From positions 183,645 to 247,644 of the forward strand of contig OZ245738.1 in assembly GCA_965227265.1 (NCBI GenBank): DNA of 64,000 bases. The letters run 5' to 3'. Made by a program: the position numbers and the translations under genes. Each line of letters opens with the position of its first letter. The stretch's first letter is position 1. Below are positions 27,550-35,682 of the stretch, one piece after another. The notes under the pieces were generated by a model that saw nothing but the letters and a program-made list of their open reading frames with translations, had not been told where the DNA came from and searched no databases. This DNA is from Cyclobacteriaceae bacterium (GTDB lineage: Bacteria > Bacteroidota > Bacteroidia > Cytophagales > Cyclobacteriaceae).

Positions 27550-28965
27550 TTAAAAAATCTTACCGGGATTTAGAATGCCTTTCGGATCGAAAACTTTTTT
27601 TATGCCGCGCATCAGTTCCAGGTTCACTTCACTCATCGCGATTGACATATACGGACGCTTGGCAATACCAACCCCATGTTCACCGGATAATGTTCCACCT
27701 AATGCAACGGTTAACTTGAAAATTTCACTAATGCCATCCGGGATTTTAGTTTCCCAATCTGCTTCGCTGATGTTTTCTTTTAAAATGTTAACGTGAAGAT
27801 TTCCATCGCCCAAATGACCAAAGCAAACTGTGTTGAATCCAAAATTTCTGCCGATCTCTTTAATGCCTTTGATCAGCTTAGGCAGATTAGCGCGAGGTAC
27901 GACTACATCGTCTGATTTTGTTAAGGTATAGGCATTAACAGCCGGGGAAATGTTCTTGCGAATTTTCCAAAGTTCCTCTTTCTGCGCTGCCGTTTCGGCA
28001 AACAGAATCTCTCCTGCTTCAAAGCTCTCAAGCACATTCATTACACGTTCGGCATCGCGCATTAATACTTCTTCATCGTTTCCATCAAGCTCGCACAATA
28101 GATAAGCATCCATGTTTTCCGGAAACGATGTTGTCACTTTCGCTGCATAGATCTTTTCAACGTAGTCGATAGTTTTCATCGCAGCCTCACGTTCAAAAAA
28201 TTCCATTCCGGAAGGTTGAATCCCGGCTGTGAAAATTGCAGCGATTCCGCGACAAGCTTCTTCGTTCGTTACAAATGGAATAAGCAGCAAAACATTCTTT
28301 TGCGGATAACCACGCAGCTTGAAAATGATCTTCGTGATAATACCCAATGTGCCTTCGCTTCCGCACATCAATTGCGTTAAATTATAGCCGGTTGAATTCT
28401 TTAAAACATTCGCGCCCGTCCAAATAATTTCACCTGTTGGCAACACGACTTGTAAGCTCAACACATAATCGCGTGTTACGCCATACTTAACTGCTTTTGG
28501 GCCACCACTGTTGTTTGAAACATTTCCGCCAATGAAGCATGAACCACTGCTGGCAGGATCGGGCGGATAGAACAGTCCCTTTTCCTTAACAGCATTTTGA
28601 AATACTTCGGTGATCACACCGGGTTCAACGGTGGCTTGTAAGTTCAATTCATCGATGTTAAGAATTTTATCAAACCGCTCCATCGAAATAACCAATCCTT
28701 TATGAATGGGAAGTGAACCTCCGGCTAAACCTGTTCCCCCTCCGCGCGGTGTAACGGGAATTCCATGCGCACTACAAAGCTTCATCAGGCTGCTCACTTC
28801 TTCCGGAGTGCCCGGCTTTACAATCACATCGGGCAGGAATGAATAATTTTCAGTCTTGTCGTGTGAGTAATCGTATCGTTTTTCATCGTCAACAAAAATA
28901 TATTCAGGCCCAACGATGGCCTCAAATTCGCTTAAGATGCTGGCGGTAACTTCTGCAAATGCCAT
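27550..28965 (-). CDS. FAD-linked oxidase (GlcD / D-lactate dehydrogenase family)
   Basis: 471 aa. PCMH-type FAD-binding domain (PRGGGTGLAGGS) and C-terminal FAD-oxidase domain (SGEHGVGIAK). Confidence 0.85.
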   Translation of the reverse strand: MAFAEVTASILSEFEAIVGPEYIFVDDEKRYDYSHDKTENYSFLPDVIVKPGTPEEVSSLMKLCSAHGIPVTPRGGGTGLAGGSLPIHKGLVISMERFDKILNIDELNLQATVEPGVITEVFQNAVKEKGLFYPPDPASSGSCFIGGNVSNNSGGPKAVKYGVTRDYVLSLQVVLPTGEIIWTGANVLKNSTGYNLTQLMCGSEGTLGIITKIIFKLRGYPQKNVLLLIPFVTNEEACRGIAAIFTAGIQPSGMEFFEREAAMKTIDYVEKIYAAKVTTSFPENMDAYLLCELDGNDEEVLMRDAERVMNVLESFEAGEILFAETAAQKEELWKIRKNISPAVNAYTLTKSDDVVVPRANLPKLIKGIKEIGRNFGFNTVCFGHLGDGNLHVNILKENISEADWETKIPDGISEIFKLTVALGGTLSGEHGVGIAKRPYMSIAMSEVNLELMRGIKKVFDPKGILNPGKIF

Positions 28966-29005
28966 GAATCGTGTATATTTGAAGGATTATTTTTTAAACT
29001 CCGAG

Positions 29006-29509
29006 ATGAAGCTATTTTTTCAGCTTAAAATTAATCAAAAGCTTTCGCTATCAGGCATGATGCTGGCGACACTTTTTCTGGTATCGTGTGCATCCAACAA
29101 AACGGCCAGTGTATCCGATAAGCGGATCGATAAAGTTATCTCTACGGCCCGAACATTTGTGGGAACACCTTATAAATATGGTGGCACAACGCGGTCGGGT
29201 ATGGATTGCTCAGGCTTGCTGCTGAATTCATTCAAACCAATCAACGTAACCTTACCGCGCTCTTCAGAAGACCAAAGTAAAATTGGTAAGGAAGTTAAGA
29301 TGGAAGATCTTCAGCCGGGCGACCTTGTATTTTTTGCAACAGGTGATAAGAAGAAAAAAATAACGCACGTTGGTCTTGTAACGGATGTGAAAAAGAAAGA
29401 CAATGTAAAATTCATCCACGCATCTAGTTCGTTGGGTGTTGTTGAGACTAATCTTTATGCAGAGTACTACCTGAAGCGTTTCCGAACAGCAAGAAGGGTA
29501 ATCAAATAA
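29006..29509 (+). CDS. NlpC/P60 (C40) peptidoglycan peptidase lipoprotein
   Basis: Start moved to MKLFFQ to avoid overlap with the divergent gene. Lipobox LVSCAS, catalytic GMDCSGL and THVGL. Confidence 0.8.
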   Translation: MKLFFQLKINQKLSLSGMMLATLFLVSCASNKTASVSDKRIDKVISTARTFVGTPYKYGGTTRSGMDCSGLLLNSFKPINVTLPRSSEDQSKIGKEVKMEDLQPGDLVFFATGDKKKKITHVGLVTDVKKKDNVKFIHASSSLGVVETNLYAEYYLKRFRTARRVIK

Positions 29510-29562
29510 CGGGTTTTTTTATGTTCACGTTTTAGTACCTTGGAAACGTTAACGTAAATGCC

Positions 29563-30534
29563 ATGTCATCCCGCAGAGATTTTATAAAAATTACAGCGCT
29601 TGGAGCAGTTGTGCTTCCGTTTCATCAAACCTTTGGGCTTGGAAATTTTCTTGAGAATAAACCTATTGTGGTTTCAACTTGGACAAATCTTAAAGCTAAC
29701 ACGGCTGCTTGGTCGGTGCTGTCGAAGGGTGGCCGTTCACTTGATGCAGTAGAGCAAGGTGGCAGAGTTGTTGAAGCTGATCCATTGGATACATCTGTTG
29801 GGTATGGCGGGTTGCCGGATCGCGATGGAAAAGTTACGCTTGATGCCTGTATCATGGATGATCAGGGCAACTGTGGTTCGGTAGCATTTGTACAAGGTTT
29901 TATGCATCCGGTTTCAATCGCGCGGATGGTAATGGAAAAAACACCACACGTGATGTTAGTAGGTGCGGGCGCTGAAAAGTTTGCGTTGGATAACGGATTC
30001 AAAAAAGAAAATCTGCTTACAAAAGAATCGGAGAAGGCCTGGAAAGAATGGCTCAAGAAATCGGAATATAAACCTGATCATAGCATTCTAAAACCCAATC
30101 ATGATACAATTGGTTTATTGGCGCTTGATGAACAAGGTAAGTTATCCGGTGCATGCACAACGAGTGGCATGGCATACAAGATGCATGGCCGTGTGGGTGA
30201 CTCACCGATTATCGGTGCTGGCTTATATGTTGATGGAGAAGTTGGTGCGGCAACCGCAACGGGAGTGGGTGAGGAGATGATTCGGATTTCCGGAAGTCAT
30301 ACAATAGTTGAATTGATGCGACAGGGAAGAACTCCGCAGGAGGCTTGTGAAGAAGCGGTAAAACGTGTTATTAAAAAACATGGTGATAAAGCAAAAGATC
30401 TGAGTGTTGCTTTTCTTGCACTCTCCAAAGACGGAACTATTGGCGCATACTCAACCAATAATGTTTTTGTATATACCGTAACAACACCCGATAAGAATAA
30501 TATCGTAATAAAATCCCCAAGCTATTTTCCGTAA
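29563..30534 (+). CDS. N4-(beta-N-acetylglucosaminyl)-L-asparaginase (glycosylasparaginase, Ntn hydrolase)
   Basis: 323 aa. Tat-like SRRDFIK signal, autoprocessing HDTIG motif, GAGLYVD. Confidence 0.8.
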   Translation: MSSRRDFIKITALGAVVLPFHQTFGLGNFLENKPIVVSTWTNLKANTAAWSVLSKGGRSLDAVEQGGRVVEADPLDTSVGYGGLPDRDGKVTLDACIMDDQGNCGSVAFVQGFMHPVSIARMVMEKTPHVMLVGAGAEKFALDNGFKKENLLTKESEKAWKEWLKKSEYKPDHSILKPNHDTIGLLALDEQGKLSGACTTSGMAYKMHGRVGDSPIIGAGLYVDGEVGAATATGVGEEMIRISGSHTIVELMRQGRTPQEACEEAVKRVIKKHGDKAKDLSVAFLALSKDGTIGAYSTNNVFVYTVTTPDKNNIVIKSPSYFP

Positions 30535-30536
30535 TC

Positions 30537-31271
30537 ATGACTATTGAAGTTGTTGCTTATAATATTGAATCCGCTTTTCGCGCCCAAGAGGGTGGGGCGG
30601 ATCGAATAGAATTATGTGATAGTCCGGGTGATGGTGGCAATACACCATCGTATGGAATTGTTGAAGCCCTCCGACAGCATATTACGATGGACATCTATGC
30701 GATGATCCGTCCGCGTGGCGGAGACTTTCTATACTCAAGCTATGAGTTCTATGCGATGAAGCGCGACATCTTCCAATTTCAAAAACTAAGCGTTGATGGA
30801 TTTGTATTCGGTATTTTAAACGCAGACGGAACGATTGACAAAAAGCGCTGCAAATCATTGATAGGGCTTGCGCGACCATTAAAAGTTACCATTCATCGTG
30901 CATTTGATATGACACGAGATCCGTTTGAAGCCTTGGAAGATTGCATTGAAGTCGGGTTCGACAGAATTTTAACTTCCGGACAAAAATCAAAAGCAATTGA
31001 CGCTGTGGATTTGATTGCTGAACTTGTTAAGAAGGCTGATGGCAGAATTTCAATTATGCCTGGATCAGGCGTAAACGAAAGCAATGTGGTTGAGCTTGTT
31101 TCTAAAACCGGTGTTAAGGAAATTCATTTTTCGGCAACAGCGTTTAAGGATAGCGAAATGAAGTTCCGTAATAATGCAATTGCTGGATTAGGCTCAGAGC
31201 TTGGTTCGGAATTCAAACTCCGTACGGTTAATGTGGAGATGATTAAAAATATCCGGGCGTTGGTGGGTTAA
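30537..31271 (+). CDS. cutC: CutC-family protein
   Basis: 244 aa. GADRIELC ... GGNTPSYG ... IHRAFD ... RILTSG blocks. Starts 2 nt after the previous gene. Confidence 0.85.
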   Translation: MTIEVVAYNIESAFRAQEGGADRIELCDSPGDGGNTPSYGIVEALRQHITMDIYAMIRPRGGDFLYSSYEFYAMKRDIFQFQKLSVDGFVFGILNADGTIDKKRCKSLIGLARPLKVTIHRAFDMTRDPFEALEDCIEVGFDRILTSGQKSKAIDAVDLIAELVKKADGRISIMPGSGVNESNVVELVSKTGVKEIHFSATAFKDSEMKFRNNAIAGLGSELGSEFKLRTVNVEMIKNIRALVG

Positions 31272-31287
31272 TGATGTTGGATAATAT

Positions 31288-31315
31288 GTAGAGACGCAAA
31301 ATTTTGCGTCTCTAC
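31288..31315. repeat. REP-like perfect 28-bp palindrome GTAGAGACGCAAAATTTTGCGTCTCTAC
   Basis: 14+14 perfect inverted repeat between convergent cutC (stop 31271) and the TonB-dependent receptor gene (stop 31364). Confidence 0.9.
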
Positions 31316-31363
31316 GCACAATACATTTCGCACATTGCATCACGCACAAACATTCCCAATATA

Positions 31364-34303
31364 TTATTGTCGGTTAGCCTTAATTGGCATCGTTCGGAAT
31401 GTTCCGAAGCTTAGCGTTCCATCAAATGAATTTTCGGTAATGGTTCCTTCAATCGTAACCGGAACAGAGCTTCCATTGAAGTTCATTGTGTAGTTGGTGG
31501 TTAATTCATTTCCGTTAACGGAAGTAGAAGTTAATTCAGCAGGTTGAGGCATCCTCGCGCTGGTAATTGTTCCTTTGTAAACGCCATTCTCTTTTACTAA
31601 CGTAAAACTTCCTGCATTCGCTCCTTGTGGAGATTCAACCGTATAATTCCAGGTTCCTGATGCATCAACAGAAAGACTATCCGATATTGAAGAAGTTGAA
31701 TCTGAAACAGCTTTTGTGGTATCCGTTGGTAAATTAATCTGCTTAGGTTGTGTATTAAATTGTGGCATGTTTCCACCGCGATTTCCACCACCTTGATTTC
31801 CGCCTCCTTGATTATTTCCCATATCGCCATCTCCGCCACCGCCATCTTTCAAGTCATCGTTGCTAACGGATTTTCTTCTGCGCTGGCGTTGTGAGCCATC
31901 AAATCCCATTTTTCCAATGCGATAACTTAAATTAATGCGGAAGCTCATGTTGCGCATGGTGTTTACACTCAGCTGATCAATCGTTGCGGTACGCGTTTCA
32001 CTTTTAATTTTCATGGATGATGCAAAAAAGTTTTCTGCCGCGATACCAATGCTCGCCCGCTTCTCATTAAATTCTTTTCGAATACCCATGCTATAAGTTC
32101 CAAAGCCACCTTGTGATCCCTGAAGGTTTACGCGATTCCCTCTATAAAACCCGAAGAACTGAATTGCCCAATTTTTCGGCAAGCTATAATTTCCAAAAAG
32201 CCTTCCGCTGTAAACCCAGCCCTTATTATTCAACGCTTCAGCCCCGGAACGATTGTTATCAAGAACTGCGTAGTAAACATCACCTCCACCATTCAATGTA
32301 AATTTGTTACCAATGTTCACATTTGCGAATACGCTCATTCCGTAACCATCTTCCTTACCTAGATTTTGATAGCTTGTCAGGATCGTATCGCCTGAAATAA
32401 CTTCGCGAAAACTTTGAATGGATTTACGTGTATTGCGCATAAATCCTGAAAAATTCAGCGTAGTACCCTTAATAAAAGTACTATATCCGATTTCATAATT
32501 GTTTGTGTATTCAGGCTCAAGATTTGGATTGCCCTCTGTTGGATACAAAGGATTTGAAGCTTGCCGATTCGGGTTTAAAAATTGGATTGAAGGTCGTTGA
32601 ATCCTTCTGTTGTATGCAAGTTTAACTGTATTCCCATTCTTTAATTTTTTGGAGAGATTAACGCTGGGTACAAGTACTCCATAAGAAGGAATTTCCGGAT
32701 CGGGAAGCTCAGAAGGTACTCGAAGGCTTGCATTGATAACTGTATACTCGTAGCGGGTTCCTGCCTTTAGACTAATTGAATTTTTAGTAGTGATTGTGTA
32801 TGAGATATACCCTGCCGTCACATTTTGATCATAATTAAGACCATTATTATTGTTTTGTCGCTCAGTATCTTCTTGATAATCTTCGTTCGGATAAGCATAA
32901 AAGGTGTTGTAGTCACTGGAAACTTTTCTCGTGATATTTTTAGCACCTAGCTCAAGCATCTGATTGTCTTTGATTGGAGTTTGAAAATCGACTTGTGCCG
33001 TAATTTCCTGATTAAAGCTTTTGTTTACATTTTTGCCAAGACTGTCTGCAACACCGCTTTCATCAAAATAAGTATTGAAAAAATCATTATCGCGATTATT
33101 GCGGCTGTATTGTGTAGAAAAACTTAGTTCGCGTTGCGGTTTTTCATACGTATGGGTAAAATCGAGACTTACATCAACGGTTCCGGAATTATCTTTTGTT
33201 TTCGAATCCCAGACTTGTTGGAGCACTCCAATAGGAGATTCACGCGTTATTTGATCCTGATAACTGTTTGCATTCCGTACACCATACCGCACAGATGCTG
33301 CAAGATAATTGTGCTTGTTGATGTCGTAGTCCCACCCGAACGTATAACGTCCATTTAAATCATTCCTTCTTGTATCGGCAAATTGAGCGGTGGTAAAGAT
33401 GTTATCATCTTCATCACGTGTAGTTGTTTCGTTCCTGAAACTACCCTTAACTTTATAGCTTGCTCTTCCAAATCCACCCAATGAAAATCCCATTTTACCT
33501 TTCCGGTAGTTTCCGTTTAACCCAAGATTTGATCCACGCAAACCAACACCTGCATCAATATTTAACGTTGCGCCTTCAAGTGTGTTCTTCTTTGTGATGA
33601 TGTTGATAATACCGGCCGAACCTTCGGCATCATATTTTGCGGAAGGTGATGTGATTACTTCTACACTTTTAATTTGATCGGCTGGAATTTGTTTAAGTGC
33701 ATCTGCTACGCTGCTGGCTGTGATGGTTGATGGTTTGTTATTGATTAGTACAAGGATATTGGAGTTACCACGCATCGACACATTTCCATCCATATCAACC
33801 GAAAGCATAGGCACGCGTTTTAAAACATCCGTTGCATCTCCGCCTCGGGTGGTTACATCCTGTTCGGCATTATAGATTGTGCGATCAACCTTTTCTTCAA
33901 TTAACGAACGCTGGCCTTCAACCACAACCTCGTTCAAAATTTTTGCGCCTGTACTTAATTTAATAGTGGAGAGCTCAACTTCACCTCTTTTGTCAACTGA
34001 GATATTTTTTAGTGTATCGGTTTCGTAACCTATAAACGTTACCGTTAGTGTGTACGTACCTTCTGCGAGTTTTGTAAGCGTGAACTTGCCATCTATATCA
34101 CAGACTGTTCCGTCTAGCGCTTTTAAGGTTGCTGGATCAAGCAGTACGATATTGGCAAACTCAACAGGTTGGTTGGTTTCGCCATCCAGCACTTGGCCGG
34201 AGATTTTCCCGTTGCCTTTGGGAATTTCTGTACCTGGTTGCTGGGCCTGAACTGTAAAAGAGAATAAACTAATCGTAAAAAATAGTAAGAACGCCTTTTT
34301 CAT
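31364..34303 (-). CDS. TonB-dependent receptor-like outer-membrane barrel (CarboxypepD_reg + plug + barrel) with an extra C-terminal Gly-rich linker and domain
   Basis: Start placed at MKKAFLLFF (the ORF track starts at 34345). GKISGQVLDGETNQPVEFANIVL (CarboxypepD_reg), plug (DATDVLKRVPMLSVD), long beta-barrel ending ...INLSYRIGKMGF, then a 178-aa tail. Confidence 0.8.
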   Translation of the reverse strand: MKKAFLLFFTISLFSFTVQAQQPGTEIPKGNGKISGQVLDGETNQPVEFANIVLLDPATLKALDGTVCDIDGKFTLTKLAEGTYTLTVTFIGYETDTLKNISVDKRGEVELSTIKLSTGAKILNEVVVEGQRSLIEEKVDRTIYNAEQDVTTRGGDATDVLKRVPMLSVDMDGNVSMRGNSNILVLINNKPSTITASSVADALKQIPADQIKSVEVITSPSAKYDAEGSAGIINIITKKNTLEGATLNIDAGVGLRGSNLGLNGNYRKGKMGFSLGGFGRASYKVKGSFRNETTTRDEDDNIFTTAQFADTRRNDLNGRYTFGWDYDINKHNYLAASVRYGVRNANSYQDQITRESPIGVLQQVWDSKTKDNSGTVDVSLDFTHTYEKPQRELSFSTQYSRNNRDNDFFNTYFDESGVADSLGKNVNKSFNQEITAQVDFQTPIKDNQMLELGAKNITRKVSSDYNTFYAYPNEDYQEDTERQNNNNGLNYDQNVTAGYISYTITTKNSISLKAGTRYEYTVINASLRVPSELPDPEIPSYGVLVPSVNLSKKLKNGNTVKLAYNRRIQRPSIQFLNPNRQASNPLYPTEGNPNLEPEYTNNYEIGYSTFIKGTTLNFSGFMRNTRKSIQSFREVISGDTILTSYQNLGKEDGYGMSVFANVNIGNKFTLNGGGDVYYAVLDNNRSGAEALNNKGWVYSGRLFGNYSLPKNWAIQFFGFYRGNRVNLQGSQGGFGTYSMGIRKEFNEKRASIGIAAENFFASSMKIKSETRTATIDQLSVNTMRNMSFRINLSYRIGKMGFDGSQRQRRRKSVSNDDLKDGGGGDGDMGNNQGGGNQGGGNRGGNMPQFNTQPKQINLPTDTTKAVSDSTSSISDSLSVDASGTWNYTVESPQGANAGSFTLVKENGVYKGTITSARMPQPAELTSTSVNGNELTTNYTMNFNGSSVPVTIEGTITENSFDGTLSFGTFRTMPIKANRQ

Positions 34304-34488
34304 TTCTGAATCCATAACTGTTTTCATGCCAACCCTAAAACTCATGTATTGGTTGCAGAACCAATGTTAATTAACCATAAATTCTACTACAGATTACGGT
34401 AGCGCGCGCAAATGTAGATTTATTTACCTGCTGGGCAGAAGGTGTTTTTTTCAAGAGCGTTAAAATCATTTGAAAGGCAATTGAGGCT

Positions 34489-34518
34489 TTTGTGAGGACA
34501 ATTTTTAAAATATCTTTG
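34489..34518 (+). promoter_or_regulatory. candidate Bacteroidota sigma-A promoter for tRNA-Ala
   Basis: TTTG at 34489-34492, 18-nt spacer, TATCTTTG (TAnnTTTG) at 34511-34518. It ends 8 nt before the tRNA 5' end. Confidence 0.5.
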
Positions 34519-34526
34519 TAACCCTT

Positions 34527-34600
34527 GGGGGATTAGCTCATTTGGCTAGAGCGCTTCGCTGGCAGTGAAGAGGTGATCGGTTCGAATCCGATATTCTCCA
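34527..34600 (+). tRNA. tRNA-Ala (anticodon GGC)
   Basis: Hand-folded 74-nt cloverleaf: GGGGGAT/TA/GCTC-ATTTGGCTA-GAGC/G/CTTCG-CTGGCAG-TGAAG/AGGTG/ATCGG-TTCGAAT-CCGAT/ATTCTCC/A. G3:U70 Ala identity pair. CCA not encoded. Confidence 0.9.
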
Positions 34601-34601
34601 C

Positions 34602-34630
34602 AAAGGTCTGTTTAACAGACCTTTTTCATT
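34602..34630 (+). terminator. intrinsic terminator after tRNA-Ala
   Basis: AAAGGTCTG-TTTAA-CAGACCTTT followed by TTCATTT. Confidence 0.75.
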
Positions 34631-34643
34631 TATGGATAAGTTG

Positions 34644-35474
34644 TTACGCCATAACCGATAGCATGAATAAAATCGGTTTACCCAGTGTTTCATCTCCCGA
34701 AAACTTGATTTTCTTTTCTACTTCACTTCCGGTTACTGCTTTTGTAAAGAGTTTCCAGGATGTATCAGGATCAAGGGTAACTGCTGCGTCAATTTTAGCG
34801 GGTTTGTCCTTACTCAAAACCCAGGTTGAATCGTTATAAACTAAAAACCAGTCGCCTCCAGATTCAGAGGTTACCGTTATCTGAACAGCTTGATTGTTCT
34901 TTGCTTTAACATTCCGATATGTATGCGGGAGGGCTTGCATAAACGTGTCAATCAACGGATAATAAAATTCGCGCGACATAATACCTGGTTTATTCACGGC
35001 TTCCCGGATCTGTTGCTGATGATGCCACTTTTCCGTGTACTCACGCGCAATATGAAACCAGTTAACGGATTGTTCTTCACCTGCCCAGGCAACTGAAAAT
35101 ACAGCAGGCTTAAAGGGATCGAGTTGAGCAATGCAGGAGGCATATTCTTTCCCGGTAACTTCCAGCAATTCAATCAACACCGAAGGGCTCATGCGTTTTG
35201 TGGCTTTAACCCAATCCGCATTCAGACGATTCAGAAAATCAACCAAGTCCTGGTAAGATGAAAGTTTGCCAGGAGCTTCACCAAAAAAATTATCGCGCAC
35301 CATAGATAACATTCTGATATTACCATCCAGTAAGTGAGTGGCTATATCTTTTACTGTCCACTGCTTCGCTACTGTATGTTTTGACCAGTCGTCAGGATTT
35401 AAAGACCGTAACAGTTCAATGAGCTTTTCATCCAGCGTTGGAAAAAGATGCCCGGTGGGAATAGGAACTTGCAT
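34644..35474 (-). CDS. DinB / maleylpyruvate-isomerase N-terminal-domain-like protein
   Basis: 276 aa. N-terminal WTVKDIATHLLDG resembles the DinB-like four-helix metal-binding domain. The C-terminal part was not recognised. Confidence 0.45.
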   Translation of the reverse strand: MQVPIPTGHLFPTLDEKLIELLRSLNPDDWSKHTVAKQWTVKDIATHLLDGNIRMLSMVRDNFFGEAPGKLSSYQDLVDFLNRLNADWVKATKRMSPSVLIELLEVTGKEYASCIAQLDPFKPAVFSVAWAGEEQSVNWFHIAREYTEKWHHQQQIREAVNKPGIMSREFYYPLIDTFMQALPHTYRNVKAKNNQAVQITVTSESGGDWFLVYNDSTWVLSKDKPAKIDAAVTLDPDTSWKLFTKAVTGSEVEKKIKFSGDETLGKPILFMLSVMA

Positions 35475-35512
35475 ACGCGAATCTGCAAAAGATTTGAATT
35501 ATGCAGAAGCTT

Positions 35513-35544
35513 AAAATGAAAAACCTGTGAAGTTCACAGGTTTT
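35513..35544 (-). terminator. intrinsic terminator after tRNA-Pro
   Basis: On the minus strand: AAACCTGTGAA/TTCACAGGTTT hairpin followed by TTTTCATTTT, 2 nt after the tRNA 3' end. Confidence 0.75.
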
Positions 35545-35546
35545 AG

Positions 35547-35621
35547 TCGAGGTGAGAAGACTCGAACTTCCGACCCCCACGTCCCTAACGTGGTGCGCTA
35601 ACCGGGCTGCGCTACACCTCG
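35547..35621 (-). tRNA. tRNA-Pro with apparent anticodon AGG
   Basis: Hand-folded 75-nt cloverleaf: CGAGGTG/TA/GCGC-AGCCCGGTTA-GCGC/A/CCACG-TTAGGGA-CGTGG/GGGTC/GGAAG-TTCGAGT-CTTCT/CACCTCG/A. C1:G72, A73, G35 G36 G37 match tRNA-Pro. Position 34 reads A. Confidence 0.85.
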
Positions 35622-35635
35622 ATGATGTTGGGTTG

Positions 35636-35667
35636 CAAGTATAATAATTTTGAAGAAAGCTGTCAAA
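35636..35667 (-). promoter_or_regulatory. candidate promoter for tRNA-Pro
   Basis: Minus strand reads TTTG (35667-35664), 20-nt spacer, TATACTTG (35643-35636), 14 nt upstream of the tRNA. Confidence 0.45.
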
Positions 35668-35682
35668 GCAGCTGTGGAATGA

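Noticed and set aside
31766-31846. GGN-rich nucleotide repeat as a non-coding tandem repeat or G-quadruplex element
   Set aside because: It is in frame within the receptor ORF and encodes the GGGNQ-type linker. It is treated as part of the C-terminal tail finding, not as a separate DNA element.
34527-35621. tRNA-Ala and tRNA-Pro, and tRNA-Asn at 45906, as integration sites of a genomic island
   Set aside because: No integrase, direct repeat of a tRNA 3' end or phage/ICE genes flank any of the three tRNAs. Only a single DinB-like gene lies between the first two.
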